A stretch of 64,000 nucleotides of DNA, taken from NCBI RefSeq assembly GCF_009914755.1, contig NC_060927.1. One strand, given 5' to 3'. Source of the DNA: the human T2T-CHM13v2.0 reference genome, Homo sapiens. This document shows, piece after piece, positions 1 to 12,827 of this stretch. Within the stretch, counting starts at the first letter, position 1. Every line of letters starts with the position of its first letter. Below the pieces are notes generated by a model. It saw only the letters and a list, made by a program, of their open reading frames with translations, ran no database searches and had not been told where the DNA came from. The position numbers and the translations under genes were made by a program.

Positions 1-11
1 CCACGACGCTC

Positions 12-168
12 TGCGCATGTGCGCTCTTCGCAAGCTGAAAATCTTGCGGGGAGCTCTTTAGCAAGTTCCGCCTTCCAGCCTGAAGCGCATGCGCAGCCTC
101 GGTTCCGTTGCGTAGCGTGCCCCTCAGTGGGACACTGCAGGGTGCGGGGACAACTACGAAGATGGCGG
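12..168 (+). promoter_or_regulatory. ABHD10: ABHD10 CpG-rich promoter with NRF1 and YY1 motifs
   Basis: CpG-dense DNA over about 1-540. NRF1-type TGCGCATGTGC at 12-22 and perfect GCGCATGCGC at 85-94. YY1-type AAGATGGCGG at 159-168 overlaps the start codon. Confidence 0.75.
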
Positions 169-303
169 TTGCGCGCTTGGCAGCTGTGGCGGCCTGGGTA
201 CCTTGTCGGAGCTGGGGCTGGGCAGCCGTCCCCTTCGGTCCCCACCGTGGCCTCAGCGTGCTGCTTGCACGGATACCTCAGCGGGCGCCACGGTGGCTCC
301 CAG
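162..303 (+). CDS. ABHD10: ABHD10 coding exon 1 (Arg-rich mitochondrial presequence-like N-terminus)
   Basis: ATG at 162 gives MAVARLAAVAAWVPCRSWGW...RWLP. Donor CAG|GTCAGT at 303/304. 142 nt, phase 1. Confidence 0.95.
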
Positions 304-2122
304 GTCAGTGTCCGAAAGGCGGGAGTAGGATGCGTTCTTTCGAACGCCTCGGGTTCCGTCAGTTACCGTGCCTGTGCAGTGCGTCTTTGGCGCCCGGTTC
401 AAAAATGCTCCTCCCCCTTTCTCAACACCCCAGTTCTAGGCGCTTTGTAGACTTCTGGTGAAGGCTGTGAGGAGAGCTCTGCCGCGGCCCTGCGGCATTC
501 TGGGCACCCCGGGCCCTCGCTGGCGTTTTACACTGTGCAGTTTAAAGAGCTCCTGCTCCTTACCTGCCTCCCCTGCATTAAAGGCCAACACTAGAAAAAA
601 TTAAAATGTGCGTTTAATGCATTATTATTAGTTACTTCTAGGAATTTGTAGATTGTGACTCCTAAAATGCTTAGACTGACTCTCCTTTGAGTTTAGGGAA
701 CCTAACAATGCGAGGCATGTTCTTTGTAAAAGTGTAGACGCCCTCATAAGCCTAATTTCTAGTTCTGCTTTCTTGCTGCACCCACTCAGTGAAAGAACCA
801 TAATCATTATTGCACAAAGGAAACTAGAATTTGGGCTAAAAATCAGAGAACCTCTTATATGTATATATAGTCTTTGAATTAGATCCTTTTATTTTTTGGC
901 TTTGTGTGTGGTTCACACCATTGCCACGTAGCTGTCAGATGATGCATGGTGCTTGGAGTGGTAATTAATGTCACGGCAGAGATCTTTTGTATGGAGATTT
1001 TTGTATCCAGTTTTTAAACTTTTATAATCAGATTAACTTGCATTTAATTGTGCGCAACCAAAAGGCATGTTACACATGCAAATACTCCTAGTAAAATGTA
1101 GTATGTCAATTCATTAACCAGAGTATAATATTATTTCATCTAGTTAGCATTTATTCATTGAGCACTTATGCACCAGGCTTTGAATTAATCCTTATGTTCA
1201 AAGATGATTTATGAATATAATTATATGAATCTGTCTACTTAGAACTTACATTAAATAAATTATAATCATCTCGGGGAAATTATGTTTTAAGAGGTGATTT
1301 CTGGAAGAGGATAGTAAGAATTTTTTTTAGTGCTCAGCTGAGTAGATGGGAAATGAACATGAGTGGATCAGCATAACTGGTCCTTACCAAAAGTTTTAAA
1401 TTTGGCATATTTCTCTATACTTTGAAACAAGCTTTTATGTAAAAAGGATAACTTTAAGGCCTTCAGTTACATCTTTAAAAAATCAACTTCTTAATTACAA
1501 AATGGGGAAAACTTTAGCAGCACACATGGATTCTCTTCTCAAGACTGAGAAGTTTTCAAAGTGGAGGACGGCTTCATTTAATATAAAAAAAGAAAATGTA
1601 TTAGTCCAAAGACTCTAAGGAAGTACACAAAACTAGTGTCTTTGGAAAGAAGAGGTGGGATTATAAATGACTCTTTTAAAAAAATATCTACTTGTTTCTT
1701 AAGAGCAAGTATAGATTTTATAATGGGGGAAAATTTGAAAAAGATGAAGTAGGATAATCTTATGAAGTTCACCAATTGTACTGTTGTACTTAAATTACAC
1801 TAAAATCTCTGTGTACCATTTACAGAAAGCCAAACCAACAAAACGCAAAGTGATTGCATAGGTCTATAAGAAATCTCTTTCCAAAAACGATACTATCATA
1901 TGTTGTTTTTAAAGAAACTGCTCATTGAACCCACCTCAGCTGACAATAAAATTATGAGTTGTTACCATGGCTCATGATTTCTTGGTTGAGGTAGGCGGAT
2001 GGGTGGGCGGGTGGATGGGAGTCAGTAATAAAAAGGGCACAGCACGTCCTCCTTTGAAACAATTTTGCAAGGGCAGACCAAACCTGTTTCTTCCCTGACC
2101 CCCAAGAAAGTAGGGGATGAAA

Positions 2123-2440
2123 GGCCAGGCATGGTGGCTCACACCTGTAATTTCAGCAATGGGAGGCCAAGGTGGGAGGGTCACTTGAGCCTGGGAGTTT
2201 GAGACCAGTCTGGGCAACATAGTGAGACCCTGTCTCCACAAAAAATACAAAAATTAACCAGGTGTGGTGGTACATGCGTGTAGTGCAGCTACTGGGGAGG
2301 CTGAGGTGGGACGATGGCTTGAGCCTGAGGAGTCGAGGAAGTCCAGGCTGCCGTAAGCTAGGATTGCACCACTGCACTCTAGCCTGAGTGACAAGGTGAG
2401 ACCCTGTCTCAAAAAAAAAAAAAAAAAAAAAAGAAAGAAA
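2123..2440 (+). mobile_element. Alu (AluJ-like)
   Basis: GGCCAGGCATGGTGGCTCAC start, dimeric body, J-type GAGCCTGGGAGTTTGAG, long A tail. Degenerate TSD aagaaa.ta.gggatg. Confidence 0.9.
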
Positions 2441-2878
2441 ATAAGGGATGTGAAACTTGTCAAACAAAAAATAAATTTAAAAACAAAGCCAAAAATCTCA
2501 CAAGAGAGGGCTGAAACTATTGCGGGTAAATCTGAATGTTGATTGATACTGTTTAGGATACATGATAAAGCAGCAACAAGAAAATGTTTTTCCATTAGTC
2601 TCTTTTGTTGTCTTGAAATTCCTACCGCATTGTGTATTTTGGAAGAATCAAGATTGGACTTTGCTCAAAGAAGTTACTGATGTTGGCATGATTTTAAAAC
2701 TGGAGATCTCATGCACAGACTTACTTAGTACTTTGAGTCTGTTCTTGTTTTTTCTATTAAATGGAAATAGTATTTAACATCAATTCATTGAGATAAGAAA
2801 GTTAAGATCGAAAATATATATGGTTTTCCAAAGACTGAGTTTACAAACCATAGTTTACTTTTTGTGTACTTTGTTTAG

Positions 2879-3062
2879 CTTGTAGACAAAAGACGTCACT
2901 CTCATTCCTTAATCGACCAGACCTTCCAAACCTGGCTTATAAGAAGCTAAAAGGCAAAAGTCCAGGAATTATCTTCATCCCTGGCTATCTTTCTTATATG
3001 AATGGTACAAAAGCGTTGGCGATTGAGGAGTTTTGCAAATCTCTAGGTCACGCCTGCATAAG
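2879..3062 (+). CDS. ABHD10: ABHD10 coding exon 2
   Basis: Acceptor tttag|CT. Encodes (A)CRQKTSLSFLNRPDLPNLAYKKLKGKSPGIIFIPGYLSYMNGTKALAIEEFCKSLGHACI(R). Donor AG|GTAGGA. 184 nt. Confidence 0.95.
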
Positions 3063-5999
3063 GTAGGAACAACACATTACTGAGAAAATATTGCTACTGT
3101 TAGCATTACAGTGGAGAATTACTTCTGTTCTAATCAGTTGAAGTAAATGCCAGCATTTTTATACATTATTTTAATGGTCTGTAAACTTGCATCTTGTGAT
3201 TTAGGGTAATTTTAAAAGCAACCTTTAAAAGACCTTTTTTAAAGGCCTTTGTGCCACGCTGACAACCCTGGCAGAAAAGGACATCTTAAGGGAAATATTG
3301 GTAACTAAGCTCTTTAGAGGGAATAATGTATGTGACAACAAACAGATATACTAGTTGGCTTTCATACAGTCTCTTATATTATCATTTTCCACTGGGGACT
3401 TAAGGACTTTATTTGATCACCGTTTATCTAAAAGTAATACATGTATTTAAAAGTATCATAATGCAAATTTCTGCTGAGTTTTCTCTTCCCTCTCCTGTAA
3501 TCTGAATATGTATAAGCATAAATAGGGATAAGTGGTACTTAACTCAAGCTTGATTTTATAATTCCTAATTTTTCACACTGAGAGTTATTTTAGTAAATAA
3601 CTTTATGTTATTATAAGGTCTACCTGTAGCAGTTATATGTTTAGTATCCACTATCCAGAAGAGATGGTATGATTTCATAAAAAGAAGATTAGCCTGGAAT
3701 TCAAGAAACATGAGTTCTAGAATAAATTCGAGCAATAACTATGACAAGACAAGTAAGTTAATAAACATTGGACCTAAGTTTGTCATCAAAAGAAGGAGGT
3801 TGGACTAGAGATAACTTCTGAGTTATTTTCTAGCACTAACAGCCTAAAAATCTATCCATCTAAATTTTTAGAAGAGTGACTCACAAACATTCATTCAATA
3901 ATTCTAGAAAATACAGCTGTATATAAAACTTTCAGACTACCTGTTCAATATATTAGCAGCAATTATGTCAATTATAAAATTAAATAAGATTTAATCTTAT
4001 TTCTTTTACCAAACTAATGAATTATTTTATTTTCATACTCAGAACTATGTTAAAATCTGTTCTGACTTATTCTGAAGATTGGAGTACTTTTTGGAAATAG
4101 ATTCTCTAGCACTATACTGAGTGCTGCATAATAACAAAGAATTATAAAACATTGTACTTGCCTATGAGGACCTTTCATTCAGGGTGGGGAAACACAAGAT
4201 AAAATACATGTTAGAAATTTGGCAGAAATACTCATCAGAATGTGATTGTGTCAAAAGAACAGTATACTTAATTGCATAAAGTTAGAGACAGTGGGATTGA
4301 AATAGATAAAGGAACGTTGAAGAATAATTCAGATTTGGGTGGGAGGGAAGTGCTGTCCAAGGAGGGGGACTGTCCTGAGCAGAAGATCATAATATCAAAA
4401 ATATTGTTATCACTTTTCTTTTTTGCCACTGAATAAATTTGAATCGAGAAATCACCATTTTACCAGTTCTAAAATTTCAGCTTTGAGACTATGAGAGTTA
4501 TAACCAGTTCCTGTCTCCCTATAAGACATAATGTGGCTTTTCTGCATTTTTGGATCCTGTGTGAGTATACCTTCATAAAGAATAGTGCTTAACTACAAAT
4601 ATTTAGTTTGAACAAGTTCCATTTTATTTGCTCTTATCAAAGTTCATCACAGTCTAATTATTGTTAACTATTGATTGCACTTTATTATAAGAGATTTTAT
4701 CTTCTATTCTCTAATTTTTCAGGTTGCTTTTTTTGGGATTTTTTGCTGTAAAATTTAGATCTTCAATGATGAAATAGTTTATTACACAAGAAATAAAACA
4801 TATGACTATATGAAAATGTTTTATTAAGGTCCTATCACCATGCCTAAAATAAGACTGATTCAGATCTCAGGAATATAACATATGGTTTTAAGGCTGGTAT
4901 TCTCTCATAATTATTTGTAATAGAATCTTTATTTGGGACTACATCCCAGACTATTGAGGCTGCTAAGATGGAGATGTGCTACTGTTTAAAAGTTTTAAAG
5001 TGCTGAATATGTTTGGATTATCTTTGTCTCTGGATTGGGGTTCAGTGAGAGTTAACTATATTTTTTTAATGGTACCCTGTTAGTATCACCAAGTATTTAT
5101 ATTTTCCTTCATGAAGGAGCTGTACAAGTATTTTGCATCCTCACCATATATTTGGAAGGCAGCTAACTGTAAAAGATGCCACATTCAGCCATATCCAATT
5201 GCCACCTATGAAGAGAGAAAAGGAGAAAATTAGTTGGTATCTTTCCCCCTTTTTTCTTCCACCCCTTCTACCCATCTCTTACATACCCTGGATTGAGGGG
5301 GAAACAGTAACTGATTTAGACTGCACCAGTTGCCCTGTTCTATTTCCCAAGGATCCAAAATCGTTTCACTTCAAACCTAAAGAAAAATTTAATTTCTTCT
5401 CTCCCCTATTTCTCATAAATCCCTTACTTACTGTACCAGCCATTCCACCAAAAAGGTTCATTTGAACTAGGCTCTGGGAAAGGATATCAGTAAAGAAGGG
5501 AAAATATATCAGTAAAGAAGATGATGGAAGAAGGTATTCCAGGTAAAGGAATCAACAGTGTGCGATGTGAAACACATAAGAAAACATAGACCTATTTTAG
5601 GAACAGTAAGTTCATCAATTTGTCTAAAGCAGTAGTATTCCCTGATGAAGTGAGTACTACTGTAAAATTTAGTAGTAAAAAAAAATTTACTGTAAAATTT
5701 ATTGTGAAATCAATCTGAAATGACCAGAATATAATGGTTCAAAAAAACAGGCCAAAGCACTAAGTGTTTATGTTGTATATCACAGGGAGCACTGAAGGTA
5801 ATGCTATAATGTTAAAGAAAAAAACTGACATGTATATAGTGACTCTATTTAAAGACAGAGTCATAGAGACACAAGATAGAAGGCTACTGTGATAGTCTAG
5901 GTCTAAGATGACAAATAAACACCTACACCAAGATACTGGACTTACCAAAGTACCAAGAAAGGGATGAACATAAGAAGAAATGAGAAAGAATGGTGATGG

Positions 6000-7250
6000 T
6001 TTAGGGCAGGCAGTATTCTGTGGCCTGGAAAAACAAACGAATAAAACAGCCTCCTCTTAAGGAACTGACATTCTAGTCAGAGGGAGATGAATGTTTAAAA
6101 ACAAACTTGATTACAATACAATATGAAAAGTGTTGAGTACATACAAAAGAAAGTGACTGGTACTAAATGGGGCATATATGTCAAGTGAAGTTCCTCAGAG
6201 GAGGTGACATGACTTAAAGGGTGACTACGAATTTGGGTTGGGGAGGAAGCTGTTCTTGGCAGCAGAACAGCATGCTAAGGCTCTAAGTTATAAAAGGGTG
6301 TAACTGGGAATTAGGAGTAGTTCAGTATGACTAGAGTTTAGGTAACCTGTGGGTGTGGTATGATACTTTATACCACCATGATTTTTTATTGATTTGATAC
6401 CCTTAAGGAGAGGTAAAATTCATAGATCAGACAGATAACTGAGCCTAGATAACTAGGAAGTTGGAAGGAGAAAGGGATGGGTTGGTGATGATGAATTTTA
6501 TTCTGGTCTCCTTCCCTTCCATCAATTCACTAAATATACACTAAGCACCTACCACTCGCAAGGAACTGAACTAGGTACTAGGAACGCATTGAAACAAAGC
6601 TTGTGCCCATGTGGAACTTTCATTCTAATGTGGGAGATGGACCATAAATAATCAAATATATCTCAAGTAGTAATAAGTGCTATGAAGAAAATGAAGCAGA
6701 GTAAAGAATTAGAGAATGATGAAAGCAGCACAGTTTTAATAATTGAATGGTCATGGGAGGCTTTTCTGAGGATGTAATATTTGAGCCAAAGGCCTGAATG
6801 AAGTGTGGGAGCAATCTAAATGGCTATCTGGAGGAGAGTATGCCATGTGGAGAGAAAAGCTGATGAGATGGGAGCTTCAAGAAGCAAAGCGAAGATACAG
6901 TTGGGAGGGAGGGAGGGAGAGAGAGAAAACAATGAGAAATGAGATCAGAGAGGTGATCAGGCACCAAAGTATGGTAAGGGCTCTGGATTTAAAGATTATA
7001 GAAAGCCTTTGGAGGGTTTGCAAGACATGGTTTTGTTTTAAAAGGATCACTCTACTATATAGGGAAAGACAATGAGTGTGAAAATGCAAACAGGAGACTT
7101 TTTAGGAGACTATTGCATTCAGTTAGGTTGAGAGACAGTGTGACTAGCAACAGGCTGGTAGCAGTGGAGGAGGTGAGAAAGTGATTGGACACAGGAGGTA
7201 TTTGAAAGTTAATAAGCCAATAGAATTTGCTAAAATACATATTGATTGTG
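6000..7250. mobile_element. Degraded L2 fragments
   Basis: L2-like phrases such as CTAAGCACCTAC..., AAGTGCTATGAAGAAAATGAAGCAG, TTTAAAAGGATCACTCT and AGGAGACTATTGCA. Boundaries are approximate. Confidence 0.5.
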
Positions 7251-7358
7251 ATGTTTCACTATAAGCATTATAGTAATGAGGAAGGTGCTATCTTTCTTAA
7301 AAATTAAAGAAGCAGATATATAGATATTTAGATATAGATTTTTTTCCCCTTTTTCCAG

Positions 7359-7470
7359 GTTTGATTACTCAGGAGTTGGAAGTTCAGATGGTAACTCAGA
7401 GGAAAGCACACTGGGGAAATGGAGAAAAGATGTTCTTTCTATAATTGATGACTTAGCTGATGGGCCACAG
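7359..7470 (+). CDS. ABHD10: ABHD10 coding exon 3
   Basis: Acceptor ttttccag|G. Encodes (R)[37 protein letters not shown], with the alpha/beta-hydrolase FDYxGxGxS motif. Donor CAG|GTGACT. 112 nt. Confidence 0.96.
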
Positions 7471-7526
7471 GTGACTGTTTTGTTAAGTATGATGATAATT
7501 ACTGTAACCTCGTATTTAAGCTGTTT

Positions 7527-7527
7527 G

Positions 7528-7558
<31 letters not shown>

Positions 7559-7839
7559 GAGATGGAGTCTCGTGCTGTCACCCAGCCTGGAGTGCAGTGG
7601 CGCAATCTTGGCTCACTGCAAGCTCCGCCTCCCGGGTTCACGGCATCCTCCTGCCTCAGCCTCCCAGGTAGCTGGGACTACAGGCACCCGCCACCACGCC
7701 CGGCTAATTGTTCGTATTTTTAGTAGAGATGGGGTTTCACCGTGTTGGCCAGGATGGTCTCGATCTCCTGACCTCGTGATCCGCCCGCCTGGGCCTCCCA
7801 AAGTGCTGGGATTACAGGCGTGAGCCACCACACCCGGCC
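7527..7839 (-). mobile_element. Alu (AluY-like) in ABHD10 intron 3
   Basis: GCAAGCTCCGCCTCCCGGGTTCACG Y-type diagnostics and a (TTTTG)n tail. TSD TAAGCTGTTT at 7517-7526 and 7840-7849. Confidence 0.92.
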
Positions 7840-8018
7840 TAAGCTGTTTCTTTAGATATGAAAATGTTTTTATTTAATTTAAATGTTTAATCCATTTTGA
7901 TATTTGATTTAAAATGATTCTATTTTTACTTTCTAATTTTTTATTGTACATATTTTGTTTTATGTTTATAACCTGTTCTATCTTAAAGACCTAATGTTTT
8001 ATTTTATTTTATTTTTAG

Positions 8019-8156
8019 ATTCTTGTTGGATCTAGCCTTGGAGGGTGGCTTATGCTTCATGCTGCAATTGCACGACCAGAGAAGGTCGTGGCTCTTATTG
8101 GTGTAGCTACAGCTGCAGATACCTTAGTGACAAAGTTTAATCAGCTTCCTGTTGAG
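8019..8156 (+). CDS. ABHD10: ABHD10 coding exon 4 (nucleophile elbow GSSLG, Ser152)
   Basis: Acceptor tttttag|ATT. Encodes ILVGSSLGGWLMLHAAIARPEKVVALIGVATAADTLVTKFNQLPVE. Donor GAG|GTAAGT. 138 nt. Confidence 0.96.
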
Positions 8157-8576
8157 GTAAGTCAAAAGTCACTTTTGCCACCTCAATATATTTACCGCTT
8201 ATACTTCTTCTGCTCCCTCTTTCTTTGAGGGAAGGGGGGACAGAAAACAATAATTCCTTTGACTTACTGTGCTGGCCCAACTTTTGTCTTAGCTGCCTTT
8301 CTGTACACAACCTCTTTTCTATCTTTAACTATTTGTCATCTTGTTTAAGATTTCGTTTCTTCATAGTCTCTTCAAATCATTCTGCCAAATATTTGAGACA
8401 CATTAACAATATCACACTTTGAAGTTTCTTTTTTTTTAGCCACATTTTCTTTATTATTACATTTACTTATTTGAATCATACATCGTGATCTCCTTTTGGT
8501 CCTCTTACTTTGTGGCATATGGGCAGTAGTGCCTGTTCTTATGACTATGTTAGAGTGGGCTAATGAACTGAAACTG

Positions 8577-8904
8577 CAGTCATCCCTTGGTATCTGAAGG
8601 GGATTGCTTCCAAGACCTCCCATAGATACCAAAATCCACAGATGGTCAAGTCTCTGAGAAAAAAAATGGTGTAGTATTTGCACATAATCTTGTATAATCT
8701 AAATCATTGCCAGATTACTTAAAATACCTAGTACAATGTAAGCGCTATGTAAATTGTTGTTATACTGTATCGTTTAGGGAATACGGACAAGAAAAAAAGA
8801 CTGTACACGTTCAATACAGAGGTAACCTTTTTTTTCCAGATATTTTTGATACAAAGTTAGTTGAATCCATGGATGCAGAAACCATGAATATGGAGAGCTG
8901 ACTG
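8577..8904. mobile_element. MER2-like TcMar-Tigger DNA transposon relic
   Basis: Ends CAGTCATCCCTTGGTATC and ATATGGAGAGCTGACTG resemble Tigger-type terminal inverted repeats. About 330 bp. Confidence 0.75.
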
Positions 8905-9009
8905 TCTTTGTTTTAGCCTAAAAGCAGCCTCAGTTCCTCCCAACAGAACTCTCCAGACAGATATTGTCAGTCAGAGTGACAGAGACACAGAAATTAAAGA
9001 AAACAGAGC

Positions 9010-9172
9010 AGTAGTTAAAAAATATGGTCCCTAGGCTAGCAGCAGCAGCAGCACCTGAGAACTTGTTAGAAACCCAAATTCTTGGGTTTTACCCTGAATC
9101 AGAAACTGGGGGTATGGCCCAGCAGTCTGTGTTTTAACAAACCTCTTGTAAAGTTTGAGAACAATGCTTTAG
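9010..9172. mobile_element. MER5A-like hAT relic
   Basis: Pattern GCAGCAGCACCTGAGAACTTGTTAGAAA...CAGTCTGTGTTTTAACAA...AAAGTTTGAGAAC. Confidence 0.65.
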
Positions 9173-9686
9173 AGAATGGGGGAAGAGGAGAAGGAGGTTC
9201 AGAAATTTAAAAAAAAAGAAGAAAAAACGTATGCAGTGTTGAATAGTAGAATGTCATTGATTTGCCTCAAGTTCTGCATTAATACCTGTGCCATATATTA
9301 ACTAAGTTCATTCTTAGTTCACATTGTTTTAAGCTCCTTAAGAAATAGCATTGTGTGTGTATTCAGGTTTCTCATATTATTTCCTATCAGAGCTGAAATT
9401 ACAAAGCTGGTCTTCCTTGAACTTATCTCCTGTTTCTGAATTTTGTTCACTTTCTTGGTGGTTTCTCATACATAGTTGCTCAATGTCTTCATGTTTTTCC
9501 CACCTTTGACATTTTGTGGATCTAAATGTGGACTCCTTGCTCCATCCTCTTAACTCAATAATACAGCGCTTCTTGGGTAGGAAATTATCTCAAAGACATG
9601 GCAGATTGAAAAGGAGTTGATTTTTGGGGGTTGGGGGTTTATTGTATTTTTTAATTATTGGTAAATGACAAAACCTGTGTACATTT

Positions 9687-9994
9687 GTTTTGGTTTTGTT
9701 TTTATTTGGGGGGGTTTTTAGGGTATCTCTGTTGCCCAGGCTGGAGTGCAGTGGTGCAGTCATTGCTTACTGCAGCCTTGACCCCTCAGACTCAAGAGAT
9801 CCTCCCACCTCAGCCTCCTGAGTAGCTGGGACCACAAGTGCACACCACTATGCCTGGCTGATTTTTGTATTTTTTGTAGCGATGGGGTCTCGCCATGTTG
9901 CCCAGGCCGGTCTTGAACTCCTAGGCTCAAGAGATTCTCCTGCCTTGGACCCCCAAAGTGCTGAGATTAGAGACACAAGCCACTGTGCCTGGCC
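9687..9994 (-). mobile_element. Alu (AluJ-like) in ABHD10 intron 4
   Basis: Antisense dimeric Alu ending GTGCCTGGCC. TSD TGTACATTT on both sides. Confidence 0.88.
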
Positions 9995-12482
9995 ATGTAC
10001 ATTTCTCTGCATGTGTGTGTGTTCACATCAGTCAGAGTGAGCATAGGGTAGATACTTTCTAATTGAGAAGATTTATAATCTGCAAATCAAGGCATTTTTT
10101 GCTAATACTTACTCAGATAAGCAGTTGTTAACAGAAGCATGTTGAGCCCTTGGTTAACTTAAAAGCATGTATAAGGAAAGAGCACCAACACTAAGACCGC
10201 TATCTCTTCTCCACATAAACAGCTAGCCCTAACAATGTCAACGGAGCAGATGTGGAGATTTTTACTATCTTTTATAACCCTGGGAATAGTAAGCCCAGCA
10301 TTTCTCATTTCTTCTGTAAGAACTTGACCATCCTCTTTAACTGACTCTAATCATTATCACCTTCTTTGGACACTAGAGGGCCTCAGACATGATGCACAGC
10401 TGTTGGGAATGTAAGCTTCTGAACCACATTGCCTTGATAAGTTTTGTTGATGTAGAACTTAATATATTGTACATTTTCTTTGGGTAATGTCTTTGCTGTT
10501 TCTGAACTTTTTGTTCTTGAGGACTTGAGACATACAACATTTTATAAAGTTAACTTTGTTCTTCAGATGGACCATTTTCATTCAATTCAGTGGCAGGTAG
10601 CAGAGCTAGTTGGGGGCCAGGGATGCTTAAAATGAAACTATTATTAATTCAGTGTCGCCTTAATTAGCAAAGCCTCCACTTCAGCTAATAACCAGTGGGA
10701 CTAAGTTCTATCTGCTGAAGTATTTACAAATTCAGAAACAATCCTGAGTAGCTTGAGGATAGCTAAATGTCATCTTTACTTTAAATATTTGGTTCATATG
10801 TTGTTTTAATACAGAGAATGCCATGATATTGATATAGATTTATATACATTTTATAGTTTTGTAGAATTTCATTAATTTTAAATCATTTGGAGACATATTT
10901 AGAAGTACAGTTTTTTTTTTTACTGAATTATTAAGTCTTTTTGGAATTAAAAATACATTAAAGCCTAAGTACATATAGATTATATTATGTCATACATATT
11001 TTTTAAGTTCTTGTTTTCCTTTTTACATTTGCAATAAATTAACAATTTTAAACATGGGAAAATCATAGTATATTTGTTGAAACTTTAAATTTTTCAAATA
11101 TGTGTAGCTTTTCTTTCCTTATTTTTTAAAATTTTTGATAAGATGTCCATTCCATTTTTCTAGAAATGCCCTTAATATTATATGATTGTAACAGTCTTGA
11201 AACTATTCATAGCTTGATTTTTGTTTTAGTTTTAAGCTGTGATCATCTTTCCAATAATCTATTATATATAAATAAACTTTTATGCTCAAAAGTGTTCATG
11301 ACAATACCACAGTATGAGATGGTCAAACTAATTAAGTCAATTATGGTGGACTGCTGTGCAGCATTTAAAACCTTTTCATAGAATTTTTTAAACCCAGAAA
11401 TATATGTACTAAATAAACAGCATAGAAAACTGTATATGAATGTGTAATATGTATGTATTTTACATATTACACAAAAACCAAAACACATATAGACAAATAT
11501 TGGAAGGAAATAAGCCATATATTAATGGTTTTTCTCTCCATAAGATAGGATTATGGGTGATTTATTTCTTTAATTATTTTTATGTTTTCTATAATGACTG
11601 CATGTTACTCATTATACAAAATTCTAATTTTTTTAGAAAAATTAAGATAAATTATATAAAAAATAAGAGTTCTCAAAAAGTCAAAGGACATGTATATTTC
11701 ATTTTAAGGGAATAAATATACAGATATTATTGTTTGGCTTTCAGGAAGTATGTGGAAGACTTCTTTGTCATCCAGAACAAAAATCAAATTTTTTCTCTTT
11801 TATAGGACTCTGGAAGGAAAAACTATATTTCTTTACATTCAGCCTAAAATTGCATGAGTATGTGTATGATTGTTACAATGTAATTACTCTTATTTTTTTA
11901 TTCTTAGTTCTGTGTTTGATTCCTTCTCTTCTTTCCCTATGCCATATCCATTTTAGCTACTTATAAGCACTTTTAGGTTTACAATTTTGAAATCTAAACA
12001 ATGTTTATTCTAAGATTTGATTTTATTTAAATATGAATGATACCTGGACTGATTCCAAGAAATTGTAGTGCTTTTCTCCCTCTTCATTTTTCTTTTCAGT
12101 TGGGGTGAAGCAACATCTGATTTGAGATAGTGTATGATAAAATTAAATAAATTTAAATTTAAGTTTGAGTCTTAGCCATAACAGTTAGTAGCCTAGCCCT
12201 GAACTGTTGCACACAGTATTTCATTTATCTAAACCATAATATCCTCTTTTATAAAAATAGAATAATAACAGAATTATTATCAGAATCTTATGGAATAATA
12301 TGTATAAAATACCCATCACAGTACCTTGCATGTAGTAATTATTGATAATTATTATTGTTATACTTTTGTTATCTCTATCCTCTTATTCAAGAACTGCTGT
12401 CATTAGATTACTTAAAACTATTGCATGTGTTAATGTTGCCTAAAGTCACAAATACTTTTATTTTCCTTTCTTTTTCCAATAG

Positions 12483-12827
12483 CTAAAAAAGGAAGTAGAG
12501 ATGAAAGGTGTGTGGAGCATGCCATCAAAATACTCTGAAGAAGGAGTTTATAACGTTCAGTACAGTTTCATTAAAGAAGCTGAACATCACTGCTTGTTAC
12601 ATAGCCCAATTCCTGTGAACTGCCCCATAAGATTGCTCCATGGCATGAAGGATGACATTGTACCTTGGCATACATCAATGCAGGTTGCCGATCGAGTACT
12701 CAGCACAGATGTGGATGTCATCCTCCGAAAACACAGTGATCACCGAATGAGGGAAAAAGCAGACATTCAACTTCTTGTTTACACTATTGATGACTTAATT
12801 GATAAGCTCTCAACTATAGTTAACTAG
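12483..12827 (+). CDS. ABHD10: ABHD10 coding exon 5 (Asp249 in HGMKD, His279 in SDH; stop)
   Basis: Acceptor ccaatag|CTA. Encodes LKKEVEMKGVW...LLHGMKDDIVP...KHSDHRM...STIVN*. The five exons sum to 921 nt = 306 aa plus stop. Confidence 0.97.
   Translation, partial: LKKEVEMKGVWSMPSKYSEEGVYNVQYSFIKEAEHHCLLHSPIPVNCPIRLLHGMKDDIVPWHTSMQVADRVLSTDVDVILRKHSDHRMREKADIQLLVYTIDDLIDKLSTIVN

Noticed and set aside
19-461. 143-aa and 117-aa ORFs at the ABHD10 5' end
   Set aside because: They have non-ATG starts in a GC-rich island. The 117-aa ORF is exon 1 read through into the intron.
1972-2595. Cluster of 90-113 aa ORFs (also at 7530-7831, 19252, 38971, 41440, 45177, 48674, 57368, 59530)
   Set aside because: They translate to classic Alu-derived peptides ([23 protein letters not shown]) and are not genes.
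5484-5700. Short duplicated ATATCAGTAAAGAAG and TACTGTAAAATTT motifs
   Set aside because: These are 13-15 bp repeats in AT-rich intron with only two copies and no array structure, consistent with ordinary slippage.
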